Assembly: GCA_013387205.1 (NCBI GenBank)
Contig: WARV01000005.1
Span: forward strand, 27,924-91,923
Reading direction: 5' to 3'
DNA: 64,000 nucleotides
From: Patescibacteria group bacterium
GTDB taxonomy: Bacteria; Patescibacteriota; Doudnabacteria; UBA920
Below the pieces are notes generated by a model. The model was not told the origin of the DNA. It saw nothing but the letters and a program-made list of their open reading frames with translations, and made no database searches. A program made the translations under genes and the position numbers. Positions 30,023 through 39,257 of the stretch are shown here, piece after piece. How positions within the stretch are numbered: the stretch's first letter is position 1; the number at the start of each line of letters is the position of its first letter.

Positions 30023-31039
30023 TTATTCGTTTGCTAACTTATTATTTTTCGTTCTTTGCGCCAAATTTTCCGGACCTTTCGGCCCAGTCTTATCAATACA
30101 GTCTACATTCATTATATTCTTGGCACCGGCTGGCAGTTGGAAGCTTAGATCGTGGATATTTTTTTGGACTTCTTTTTCGGTAAGGGTTTGCATATAGCCC
30201 AGAATCTTATAATCCTTCAGCGCTTCCATGGGGTTTGTATGGTAAATCCATGGCTCCGAATGGTACCAGTCCTCTCCATCCTTTTTAAACTTAATTAAAG
30301 GCCATTTAGTAAGCTTTTTGGGCGGCAGGACGTCTTTTTGATCATCTATCAGGAAAACCTGGCAATGCGCCCGTCCTGAAGCATTAGGGATTATCCTGGG
30401 TTTGAGCAGTTCTTCCTTAACCAGCCTTTTTAAGCCGTAGCGGTTAATAAAAAAGCTGTGTTCCAGATCCAGGGCCGAATACCAGGTTTCCTCGTCGCTG
30501 GCGACGGTTGCCGGGATGATATTATCATCAATCGCTTTCTGGCAGATAAGACATTTAACCCCGTGCTCGTCGTACCAGGTTTCCTGGTCAGATACTGACC
30601 TGCCGCAAATAGCGCAGGAATAGCCCTGGCCTTCCAAATGGAATCCTTTGGGAAATTCTTTCAGTTTTTCTTTGCGTTTCCATTCTGTGAGGCCGATATC
30701 ATACATCACTTCAGCATACTGCTTCAGCCAAAATTCGGACTCGTTCAATTCTGATTCGGTCACCTCCCGGCCCGTATGCTTTTCCAGGATGTCTTTCAGC
30801 TCGGCTTTCATCTTATCCCTGTTTTTCTGCGCCTTGATTTCCGAAGACTTAGTCCGGTGTATTATTGGAGGGATGTAATGGGGAGGTTCTTTTAAGATTG
30901 GCTCTTGGGGTGCCGCTTTGAGAATATCGTCATTTTTTAAATCCGTTTTTAAAGCAGGCTGAACACGCACGGCTGTTCCGCACTGGCCGCAAAATTTATC
31001 ACCCATTTCCAATTTGTTGCCGCAATTCGTGCAGAACAT
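30023..31039 (-). CDS. Zinc-ribbon domain protein
   Basis: MFCTNCG...FCGQCG plus internal CAIC...CLIC. Confidence 0.75.
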   Translation of the reverse strand: MFCTNCGNKLEMGDKFCGQCGTAVRVQPALKTDLKNDDILKAAPQEPILKEPPHYIPPIIHRTKSSEIKAQKNRDKMKAELKDILEKHTGREVTESELNESEFWLKQYAEVMYDIGLTEWKRKEKLKEFPKGFHLEGQGYSCAICGRSVSDQETWYDEHGVKCLICQKAIDDNIIPATVASDEETWYSALDLEHSFFINRYGLKRLVKEELLKPRIIPNASGRAHCQVFLIDDQKDVLPPKKLTKWPLIKFKKDGEDWYHSEPWIYHTNPMEALKDYKILGYMQTLTEKEVQKNIHDLSFQLPAGAKNIMNVDCIDKTGPKGPENLAQRTKNNKLANE

Positions 31040-31043
31040 ATTT

Positions 31044-31316
31044 TTAATTTGGGATTATGTTACAGAACAACATATGTGTCCCGCCATACCTAATATCAAA
31101 CAAAGTATAGTAACTTATTTCTACGCTGTTAATACTCCGCTCGGTGATCTTTGCCGTACGATAAAGCGAATTAGGAAATTTAGATACTTCCTGCTGAGCC
31201 AGCTTTACGCAGGGGCCGGAACCTAAACCAGCATTTCGAATAAGGACTTTGGGTATTGCGAGGCCGATTATCAGAATCAGGATAAGAGTTGTAAGGATAA
31301 CAACCGATTTTTTCAT
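31044..31316 (-). CDS. Small exported/membrane-anchored protein
   Basis: N-terminal hydrophobic helix; translationally coupled to mltG. Confidence 0.6.
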   Translation of the reverse strand: MKKSVVILTTLILILIIGLAIPKVLIRNAGLGSGPCVKLAQQEVSKFPNSLYRTAKITERSINSVEISYYTLFDIRYGGTHMLFCNIIPN

Positions 31317-32368
31317 TACTGGTTTTTTAAGTACTGGTTGATATTGGCCTGGTGTTCCTCATAAGTCTTGGCACAATGAATCTGCTTGTTGGAATCATGC
31401 AGATAATACAGACACTCGGTTTCTGCTGGGTATAGCGCAGCTTTAATAGCATCAATTCCCGGGTTGTCTATCGGGTGGGGCGGCAGGCCTTTGTAGAGAT
31501 ATGTATTGTAGGGCGAATCGATCTTTTCATCGGCAGGGGTAATCGGCGTCCACCAGGTGCCGTCGATTTTATAGTTTGTGCTCTGGTAAAGCCCGGGCTC
31601 CTTGCCGTAGTGGGCCAGGCTGTCGCGAGCGTACTGCACCGTAGCGTCTATCTCCAACTTCATGCCCTTAAGCAGGCGGTTCCAGATTACACCTGATATT
31701 ACTGGAGCATCGTCTTTGCCTGCCGCTTCCCGCTGGACTATGGAAGCGACTTTCAGCAACGTGTCCCATTTGATGTTCTGGTTTAAGGCTTCCTTGGAGT
31801 AAGGTGCAAATTCTTCATTAAATTTAACCCTTAGGCGCTGGGCGGTTTGCAGCGGCGTTTCGCTTACCGGAATCAAATAGGTATCGGGAAAATACACCCC
31901 TTCCAGATAGTCAAAATTTAAGGCTGTATAATTGGTTATGAATTTATCCTGGTCTTCGTCGCTCCAGCCTAAGTTTTTGGCCATGATGGAAGCGATTTGT
32001 TCTTTACGCAAACCTTCGGGAATAGTAACCCATTTCATATCAGGCTCACGGGTTAAATGGTTTTCCACCAAGTCCCAAGCAGAAGAACTTTTAGAAATGC
32101 TATAGCTGCCCGGCTTAATGGTTGCACCCCTGCCTTCAATTTTCATAGCCCAATTAAAACCTAACTTACTCTTGATGAAGCCTTTGGTATAGAGGCTGTT
32201 AACGATATCCTGCTGGGAAGCGTTTTGGGAAACCGTGAAAGCTTCGGGCTTAGCTCCTTTTTCGGGAGCACCAAATAATGCCAAATAGGCAAAAATTATA
32301 GTTGCGGCAATGACGATTATGCCGCCAAATGCCGTTCCTGCAATTATTGCAAGCTTTTTATTAAACAT
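31316..32368 (-). CDS. mltG: Endolytic transglycosylase MltG (YceG) family
   Basis: VTIPEG, LEG..FPDTY, ASIVQRE, NRL..GM.L..DAT, SPYNTY...GLPP.PI.NPG. Confidence 0.93.
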   Translation of the reverse strand: MFNKKLAIIAGTAFGGIIVIAATIIFAYLALFGAPEKGAKPEAFTVSQNASQQDIVNSLYTKGFIKSKLGFNWAMKIEGRGATIKPGSYSISKSSSAWDLVENHLTREPDMKWVTIPEGLRKEQIASIMAKNLGWSDEDQDKFITNYTALNFDYLEGVYFPDTYLIPVSETPLQTAQRLRVKFNEEFAPYSKEALNQNIKWDTLLKVASIVQREAAGKDDAPVISGVIWNRLLKGMKLEIDATVQYARDSLAHYGKEPGLYQSTNYKIDGTWWTPITPADEKIDSPYNTYLYKGLPPHPIDNPGIDAIKAALYPAETECLYYLHDSNKQIHCAKTYEEHQANINQYLKNQ

Positions 32369-32407
32369 ATTTTACCCCTATAGTTAATTTGTAAATTTAG
32401 TTTATAT

Positions 32408-34885
32408 TTATACAAAACTTTCTGCTTCAAATATTAATATATCGTTTTCGTTATTGGTTTTCATCGTATCGATAAGATTCTGGCGGTACTGGACTACGTC
32501 TTGCTCTAAGTCAAAGCTTAAAAATTCCTGGTATTTTTCATTCAGCAATTTTGCTAATTCCATTGAAAAACCATTTTTCAATAAACAGATAATGTGCGGA
32601 TTATTTGTTCCGTATTTAACGTGGTCGTAAAAATCCGAATCAACCAAATCGAGGTCTTTCAAAATTTCCAGATACTTGAGGATATAGAAATCTACAAATT
32701 CCTGCTCTTCTTTTATTTTGGCTACGGCTAGGTTTATCCTCTGTACCTCGTTTTTTTCGCTGATGTTCACATATAAGCTTTGGTGCCCGTCTCCGCCGGT
32801 GCGGTCGCCCCACTTGGCGCCAACGTACACTAGGACATCTCCTCCCGCCTCCCTCCTTTTCCAGTAAGCGAGAAAACGGCTAATCATGAGCGGATACGGA
32901 GCCCCTTGGGACCGCCATGCTATAAACATGGAGTAAAAATTTCTCGCGATTTCATTGCCCTTTATACGGGCAATATTATCACTGCCACTTTTTAAGGTTA
33001 TGCCTTCAAAGAAAATCTTAACGATGGCATTGATTAAAGTTTCTGCACTGTTCATTTTTGGATTGCCCACTTCATTATAGTAAGCAAGATTGGCATTCAG
33101 TATTTGCTCGCTTTCTAAGATATTAAAGTCGTGTATATTGTTAGCAAAACACAGCCTACCCAATTCAGTTGCCGGAGCCGGTATGTCCGTAAGGCCGGAA
33201 GATCCGGGTTCAACATTTTCCAAGTAGGAAAGGACCTGCTTTGTTTTTTCTGTGTTTTCAGACTTCTCTAATAAAGGATTTTCTACAGTGTCTTCATGCT
33301 TGACCCCGGAATTCACCTTTTTATGATAAAAGGAGAGGGGCGAAAAACCCTTCGGAGAATAGGCTCCCCTCATCAAATAAATTTCCGGCTCAAGCAGCTT
33401 AAGGCTGCCCGATTCCAAGTCAAAAACTTCCTTGAAGCGGCAGACCCGGCCTATAAGATTTTTAAACTGGGAAGCGCTGAGGTGGCTCCTGCCTTTTTTA
33501 GGATTTAGTATGAAAATTTTCTGCGCCGGAATATTAACCCCTTCCAATAAAGTCGAGGTTGTGATGATAAATTCAAATTCTGGATTTTTTGAGAATATTT
33601 CTTCGATGTATAATTTTATAACATCGGGAATTCCGCCATGGTGGTAGAGTATCCCGTGCTTTATGCACTCAATTAGATTATATTCGGGATGGATTAGTTC
33701 GCTGATGGATTCGATAACCTTGTTTATTACCGGTGTTAAGGCTATGGGATTTTTTTGCCGTGCAAAGCTTAACGAAAAATCTTCAACGGTAACAGGCCGG
33801 TTAAGATAAATGATATTTTTATTAGCTTTGTGAGCCATGATGAACGCCACATCCGTGCGGTAATGTTTATTTGGTATGGGAAACGCCTGATCTAAAAATT
33901 GGTCATAAAAGTGCATGTTTTGCGTTCTGGTATCGTAAGCGTAAAACCTTTCGACTTTCATATACTCCTCGATCTTTTGGCCCCTCACCGCAATCTGGTG
34001 GTTTTTGATGCTCAGACTGCCAGTGTCTATCAGAAAGGGCGTAAAAAAATTTACCAGAGCCCTCTCGTTGCGCTTCTTTAATATCAGCAATACCTGAGCC
34101 AGCAGATGCGCTCGCTCGGAATCTTCCAAAATATTATGGGCTTCGTCAACCAGAGCCAAGTCCAAAGACAGCTGCTGGTGCTTCTGCAGCAAAATTAAAA
34201 GCCGCTCCTGGGTTAATACTGCCAAAAACGACTGGTCGGTTTCCCTGAACATATCGGGGTGGGTAATAATCTTTTTGAAATTTTGCCTTATCATCCCGTC
34301 TTTCAATAAGTTATGTTTGGTCTGCGCCAACAAGGCTTTGCTGGGTACGACGATACATATTTTTTTGTTTGGATAATTCCGAACCTTTCGCACGATCATC
34401 TCTGACTTTCCATAAGAAGTCGGGGCGACCACGGCGATATTGTCCTCAGTCAGGGAAAATTTGTTTAAAGCCAACTGACCTAACGACCTGTATAGGTTGG
34501 CGCCGTCCCCCTCGATTTTAAAAGATTCCTGGTATGCAGAAATGTAGAGATTGGAAAACGAATCCCTGCTATTTTCTCCGTTGGCATACTTGTTCTCAAT
34601 AAATTTTACTATGGGAATGTAGTCCCTGCTCAGCGCGACGTCTCTAAGGGGTTCGTAATCGCTAAATTGGTTTGCATACTTAAGTATGATCCTATAACCA
34701 AGCCGCTCGATATCAGGATCATCAGAGTTAAGGAAATAAACCGCAACTTTTAAAATAAATATTTTATTTTCTTCGGAAATATTTGCGCCGCCCAAGACTA
34801 ATTTTTTATAGACATTTAGAAACAGTGAGCCGTCAAGGTTCTTTTTGTTCCGGATCTTTTTTAGCGTCAGTTCGTAAATGTCCAT
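32408..34885 (-). CDS. hamB: Ski2-like DEAD/DEAH helicase, Hachiman HamB-like
   Basis: APTSYGKS, TQER, DEAH, YHHG, TSTLLEGVN.P, NLIGR; coupled to HamA-like gene. Confidence 0.78.
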   Translation of the reverse strand: MDIYELTLKKIRNKKNLDGSLFLNVYKKLVLGGANISEENKIFILKVAVYFLNSDDPDIERLGYRIILKYANQFSDYEPLRDVALSRDYIPIVKFIENKYANGENSRDSFSNLYISAYQESFKIEGDGANLYRSLGQLALNKFSLTEDNIAVVAPTSYGKSEMIVRKVRNYPNKKICIVVPSKALLAQTKHNLLKDGMIRQNFKKIITHPDMFRETDQSFLAVLTQERLLILLQKHQQLSLDLALVDEAHNILEDSERAHLLAQVLLILKKRNERALVNFFTPFLIDTGSLSIKNHQIAVRGQKIEEYMKVERFYAYDTRTQNMHFYDQFLDQAFPIPNKHYRTDVAFIMAHKANKNIIYLNRPVTVEDFSLSFARQKNPIALTPVINKVIESISELIHPEYNLIECIKHGILYHHGGIPDVIKLYIEEIFSKNPEFEFIITTSTLLEGVNIPAQKIFILNPKKGRSHLSASQFKNLIGRVCRFKEVFDLESGSLKLLEPEIYLMRGAYSPKGFSPLSFYHKKVNSGVKHEDTVENPLLEKSENTEKTKQVLSYLENVEPGSSGLTDIPAPATELGRLCFANNIHDFNILESEQILNANLAYYNEVGNPKMNSAETLINAIVKIFFEGITLKSGSDNIARIKGNEIARNFYSMFIAWRSQGAPYPLMISRFLAYWKRREAGGDVLVYVGAKWGDRTGGDGHQSLYVNISEKNEVQRINLAVAKIKEEQEFVDFYILKYLEILKDLDLVDSDFYDHVKYGTNNPHIICLLKNGFSMELAKLLNEKYQEFLSFDLEQDVVQYRQNLIDTMKTNNENDILIFEAESFV

Positions 34886-35700
34886 TATTGTGGTACAGGC
34901 TGTTGAATTGCCCGCAGCTCTTCATTTAAAAACTGTTCAATTTTGGAATAGGTCGACTTTTGAATGCAAAACAAAATAAGGCCTGCGAAAGCACCTTCTC
35001 CTTTTATAGCAGTCAAGCGGTCTCGGACCGCCTCGTGGGAAATTTTATTCGTGATGTCATGGAATAAAACAGAAACTAAGATCGCGTTTTTCTTGGTTCC
35101 TGGAGTTTGTTGGATTTCAGTAATGTCCCCATCCAACAATTCCTTTACCTTTTTCCTGTCGCCCTGGGCCAAGCTTAGGCTGACGTCCATAATAACGCTT
35201 TGCCACAAGTTCGGCCGTCTCCCTTGAAGAAATTCCTGCATCGCAGTTTTTGACTCGTCCAGCAACTTTTTGTTTTTTGCATCCGGCCCCTCGTCGTTGC
35301 CGGTCTCGCCTGATTTAACTTCGCCATACCAAATAGCGTTGCCACTGACCTCAACATATGTCAGGTCAAATCCCTTTCTTATGCTCTGTTCTTCCTTATT
35401 AAAAAAGATTGTAATTTTTTTCAGGTTCGGCAAAAATTTATCAATAACGAGGTGGGCAATGAATTCTCCCATCATGCCTTTTTTTGTCTGCGATGACTTG
35501 CTGGAGTATCGCTTGATAAATTCAGCCAAAGTGTTTTTATACGAATGGATTCCCAGCGTAAATTCTTTTACTTCATTTTTGCCATGACAAATAGCGCTTA
35601 ATTCGCTTCTGATTAAGCCTTTAATTTCCTCGCTCAATTCGTTTATGTGGCAAACTACAAACCCGTCTTCTTGCGTAACGTTTATGCCCTTCATACGCAT
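34885..35700 (-). CDS. hamA: Hachiman HamA-like nuclease (DUF1837-like)
   Basis: G..GE...H, KGFD, GEVK PD-(D/E)XK-type motifs; directly upstream of helicase. Confidence 0.72.
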   Translation of the reverse strand: MRMKGINVTQEDGFVVCHINELSEEIKGLIRSELSAICHGKNEVKEFTLGIHSYKNTLAEFIKRYSSKSSQTKKGMMGEFIAHLVIDKFLPNLKKITIFFNKEEQSIRKGFDLTYVEVSGNAIWYGEVKSGETGNDEGPDAKNKKLLDESKTAMQEFLQGRRPNLWQSVIMDVSLSLAQGDRKKVKELLDGDITEIQQTPGTKKNAILVSVLFHDITNKISHEAVRDRLTAIKGEGAFAGLILFCIQKSTYSKIEQFLNEELRAIQQPVPQ

Positions 35701-35822
35701 TAATCTTAATTAACCCTTAAATTAAGCTAATTTTACCATTTTTTGGCTCATTCATAAAGATGCTTCCAATCGCTCAATATTAAAAGCCGCAAGCGCAATC
35801 GCCAACGGCTTTTAATAGTTTA

Positions 35823-36254
35823 CTAACTTGCTTTTTGTCTAATGTTTACGCTGCGTAAATATTTGTAAAAGACAGCCATCCCGTCTGAATCCCCCGAAGG
35901 AACTAGTGAACCATTGGCATCCAGAGTTACGGTCAGCTGACAGGTTTTACCTGGGCGGTTGCCGTAAATCATATAGAGGATACCAGGGATGATAGCAAGC
36001 CAGAGCAGTAGAAACGCCACCAGGCAGCTACCTTTCTGGGCAGGAATAACTTTCTGGTAGCTGAGCAGAGTTGCGGATTTATTGGCCAGTACCCAGCCCC
36101 TACCATAAGAGGCCATGAATTGTTCAAATGACTGAAGATGGGTTTGATTAGCAGGTGTCTGCTGGCCGGAACCTTCGGCCAAATCCCGGTTGCAGTACTT
36201 GCAAAATACAGCAGCGTCCTGGATTTCCTCAAAACAAAATGGACATTTCTTCAT
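35823..36254 (-). CDS. Zinc-ribbon membrane protein
   Basis: MKKCPFCFEEIQDAAVFCKYC; TM segment. Confidence 0.8.
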   Translation of the reverse strand: MKKCPFCFEEIQDAAVFCKYCNRDLAEGSGQQTPANQTHLQSFEQFMASYGRGWVLANKSATLLSYQKVIPAQKGSCLVAFLLLWLAIIPGILYMIYGNRPGKTCQLTVTLDANGSLVPSGDSDGMAVFYKYLRSVNIRQKAS

Positions 36255-36258
36255 AGGG

Positions 36259-37416
36259 TTATTGATTGTTCTTTAACGCCGCATAAGTTGCCAGCACATT
36301 CTGCATAGCCGTCTTTTCTGCCGCTGTGATGTCGCGGTCTTTGTAGTACTTATCACCCTCGTAGCGCATCTTGGTTTTCGTTCCGGCAAGGACAGCGTTG
36401 ATAATTTTCATTTCGTCATCACCAACCAGGGTGACCGAAGTTTCCCAGACCGTGCTGTTATTATCCCGGCTGACTGAGAGCGGAATGTAGTTATAGTTTA
36501 CTCCGTCTATGTTGAAGATATATTTGTTAACGAACAGCCAGTCGTCGCCGTGGTAAGTCACTTTCATCCAGAGAGTCGGTTGTCCGTTATCCGGTTTGTC
36601 GATCAGCAGCATTACAACGCTCTGCCAATAGCTGGGAGGAAAGCCCTTGTCATAATAAGTCGTGGTCTTTTTAATATCATCATAATCAGAACCCATTTTA
36701 GACAGGACGGCTTTGGTCTTTGCGTCAGCTTCTGCTTTGGCCTTTGCCTGGGCTTCCTGGTCGACCTTGGCTTTAGCGGCAGCTTCAGCATCAGCCTGCG
36801 TCTTGGCTGTTTTTTCTTCCTCGGTGAAGATGCGTTTTACGCTTAAAGTATTAGTAGTCTTTTTGCCGCCATTAGTAGCAGTAATATTAATTTGGTTTCT
36901 GCCTTCGTTCGGGACAGGAGTCTGGTAATCAAAGCTGCCATCTTTTTGAACAGTAACTCGTTTATTGTTTATGAGCAGCATTGACCCTGCTGGATTGACC
37001 TTGCCTTTGACGCTGACTGTTTTGGCCTGGACGGTATAGCCACTCGCAGGTTCAGTAATAGTAAGGGAAGGCGCACGGCCTGCATAAGCAGTGGAGATTT
37101 TTAAAACCGCAAATACCAGGACGATAGCTACAGTGGCAATCGTGTTGGTCTTTGCGGTAAACTTGGTTTTTTTCCAGAGGAACCAGATTCCGGCACCTGG
37201 GATAGTCAGGTACCACAGGAACGGAGTTAGGATAACTAATAGCACTATAGCGGAAATCTTTAAGATCTTTTTGATTCCCGCTGACTGGCTTGGCATGTGC
37301 GGCAGGGCTGCCGCAACTGCTGGTTGTGCAGAGGCCGGGACAAGGCTCTTTTTGCAGTGCCTGCAAACGGTAGCCTGATCCTGGATGTCCTCGGCGCAAT
37401 AGGGACATTTTTTCAT
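36259..37416 (-). CDS. Zinc-ribbon membrane protein with Ig-like extracellular domain
   Basis: MKKCPYCAEDIQDQATVCRHC (start 37416 after AAGGA SD), TM spans, P.LTI..P...G.F...G.N.I.ITA Ig-like motif. Confidence 0.8.
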   Translation of the reverse strand: MKKCPYCAEDIQDQATVCRHCKKSLVPASAQPAVAAALPHMPSQSAGIKKILKISAIVLLVILTPFLWYLTIPGAGIWFLWKKTKFTAKTNTIATVAIVLVFAVLKISTAYAGRAPSLTITEPASGYTVQAKTVSVKGKVNPAGSMLLINNKRVTVQKDGSFDYQTPVPNEGRNQINITATNGGKKTTNTLSVKRIFTEEEKTAKTQADAEAAAKAKVDQEAQAKAKAEADAKTKAVLSKMGSDYDDIKKTTTYYDKGFPPSYWQSVVMLLIDKPDNGQPTLWMKVTYHGDDWLFVNKYIFNIDGVNYNYIPLSVSRDNNSTVWETSVTLVGDDEMKIINAVLAGTKTKMRYEGDKYYKDRDITAAEKTAMQNVLATYAALKNNQ

Positions 37417-37460
37417 TGTAGTTTCCTTGATCGGTTTTTCCTGGCCGGATAACATAAAGG

Positions 37461-37538
37461 CCCCCGCCAGGAGCTCGACCCTTTCGGGCCGAACGCATGG
37501 GTTTCCCCATACGACCGATCAAGGAACCCTGACGAGGG
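37461..37538 (-). ncRNA. Candidate C4/CI-like cloverleaf antisense RNA
   Basis: 11-bp closing helix, two GAAA-tetraloop hairpins, all G-U wobbles on minus strand, unpaired segment complementary to two flanking targets. Confidence 0.65.
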
Positions 37539-37615
37539 GTTCTATATCTTGATCGGATTTTTTGACCATATCCCTTAGAAGTATAAGGGGGTTAGGTCGT
37601 TGAGTTGTTAAGATA

Positions 37616-37644
37616 ATTATACGACATTTAAGCCGATTAATCCA
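37616..37644 (-). promoter_or_regulatory. Leftward island promoter
   Basis: TGGATT-17-TATAAT on minus strand. Confidence 0.6.
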
Positions 37645-37711
37645 GTCCATTTTAACTTAGTATTGGAAGGTTGCGAAGTACTAGTTATCTACTGCTGTGG
37701 ATATCTTTATA

Positions 37712-37739
37712 TTGACTCGATAGTGGGCAGTGCTATCAT
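37712..37739 (+). promoter_or_regulatory. Rightward island promoter
   Basis: TTGACT-16-TATCAT with extended -10 TG. Confidence 0.6.
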
Positions 37740-37958
37740 TTTATATAGAACAACTACATATAAAAACACGCTCGCCCGACTCTGATCCGGGGTCACAAAT
37801 TGCGGATCAAATTAATTATTAACGAATTACTTATTTAACTGAATTGGGGCTTGACACTTAGCTGTGTCAGGCTTACACCAATTCAGATTTTTTGTAAGCC
37901 GACCTAGCTTTGTGTCGGCTGTTTTGATGTGTGGCTAAAAATCATTAATTAGAACCAT

Positions 37959-39257
37959 ATGTCAACACAAAAAGGAACGAAAACAACTTGCTTGCAATGG
38001 CACAACGAAAAGCGCAGGGTCAAAGACCTGCTGCCGTGGGATAAAAATCCCAGAACTCTTTCCGAAGAGCAGGAAGAACACCTAAAGGAATCTATCTCCA
38101 AATTTAATTTGGCAGAGATTCCCGTAATCAACCTGGACAATAAAATTGCCGCGGGACATCAACGTTTGAAAATTCTGCATCTGCTCGGCAGGAGCAATGA
38201 GATAATCGATGTAAGGGTGCCAAACCGCAAACTGACCCAAAAAGAGTTTGAGGAGTATAACCTCAGGAGCAATGCAAACGTGGGCTCATGGAATTATGAA
38301 ATGCTTTTGGAGCACTTTGAGATCGACACTCTCTTGGAGATCGGGTTTGACGAGCAGGCTTTGGCAGACGTGTGGGATGGCATGCTCGAAACGGAGGACG
38401 ATAATTTGGACTTGGAAAAAGAAATCAAAAAAGCCCAGAGCACCAAAATTAAGCCTGGGGATATGTTTTCCTTAGGCAGGCACACTTTACTCTGCGCCGA
38501 TAGCCTTGAACTTAAAAACATTAAGCGCCTGGTCTGCAACCAAAAAATGGACGTGTTGTATGTAGATTTACCCTATAATACAAAACTCTCGTACTCTGAA
38601 GGCGTTGGCAAGAAGCGCAACTATGGCGGCCATACCAATGACAACAAAACCGATGCCGAATATGAGCAGTTTGTTACGACTATGGTTAGCAATGGATTGG
38701 CAGTTTCCAAACCCGATGTCCATAGTTTCTTCTGGTGTGATGAAAGGTATATTGGGTTATTTCAGAAAGTCTTTGCCAACTGCGGCATTAATTCGCTCCG
38801 CGTATGTTACTGGCTCAAGAACGGCTTTAACGTGACACCGCATGTGGCCTTTAATAAAGTTTTGGAAGCTTGCGTCTACGGTACGGTTGGCAAGCCCTAC
38901 TTAAATCCAAACGCTACAAATTTGCATGAGTTGCTTAACAAAGAACTCGGCACTGGTAACCAGTTGGCTGATGACATTTTGGATCAGTTTAACATTTGGC
39001 TGGCCAAGCGTGATGCCGGGCAAGATTACGAGCACCCGACCCAGAAGCCAATTACATTAGCCGAGCGCCCATTAAGGCGTTGCAGCAAACCAGGCGACAA
39101 TGTGCTGGACTTAACGGCTGGTAGCGGCTCGACAATATTGTCGTGCGAGCAACTTAAACGCCGCTGCTTTGCCTGCGAGATCGAACCAGTGTTTTGCCAG
39201 GTAATCATTAACAGATTTGAAACTTATGCCAAACAAAAAGTTAAAAAACTCAACTAA
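37959..39257 (+). CDS. ParB/Srx-like domain fused to N6A/N4C DNA methyltransferase (phage type)
   Basis: KNPRTL...GHQRL ParB-like N-terminus; DLPY, HPTQKP, DLTAGSGS. Confidence 0.88.
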   Translation: MSTQKGTKTTCLQWHNEKRRVKDLLPWDKNPRTLSEEQEEHLKESISKFNLAEIPVINLDNKIAAGHQRLKILHLLGRSNEIIDVRVPNRKLTQKEFEEYNLRSNANVGSWNYEMLLEHFEIDTLLEIGFDEQALADVWDGMLETEDDNLDLEKEIKKAQSTKIKPGDMFSLGRHTLLCADSLELKNIKRLVCNQKMDVLYVDLPYNTKLSYSEGVGKKRNYGGHTNDNKTDAEYEQFVTTMVSNGLAVSKPDVHSFFWCDERYIGLFQKVFANCGINSLRVCYWLKNGFNVTPHVAFNKVLEACVYGTVGKPYLNPNATNLHELLNKELGTGNQLADDILDQFNIWLAKRDAGQDYEHPTQKPITLAERPLRRCSKPGDNVLDLTAGSGSTILSCEQLKRRCFACEIEPVFCQVIINRFETYAKQKVKKLN

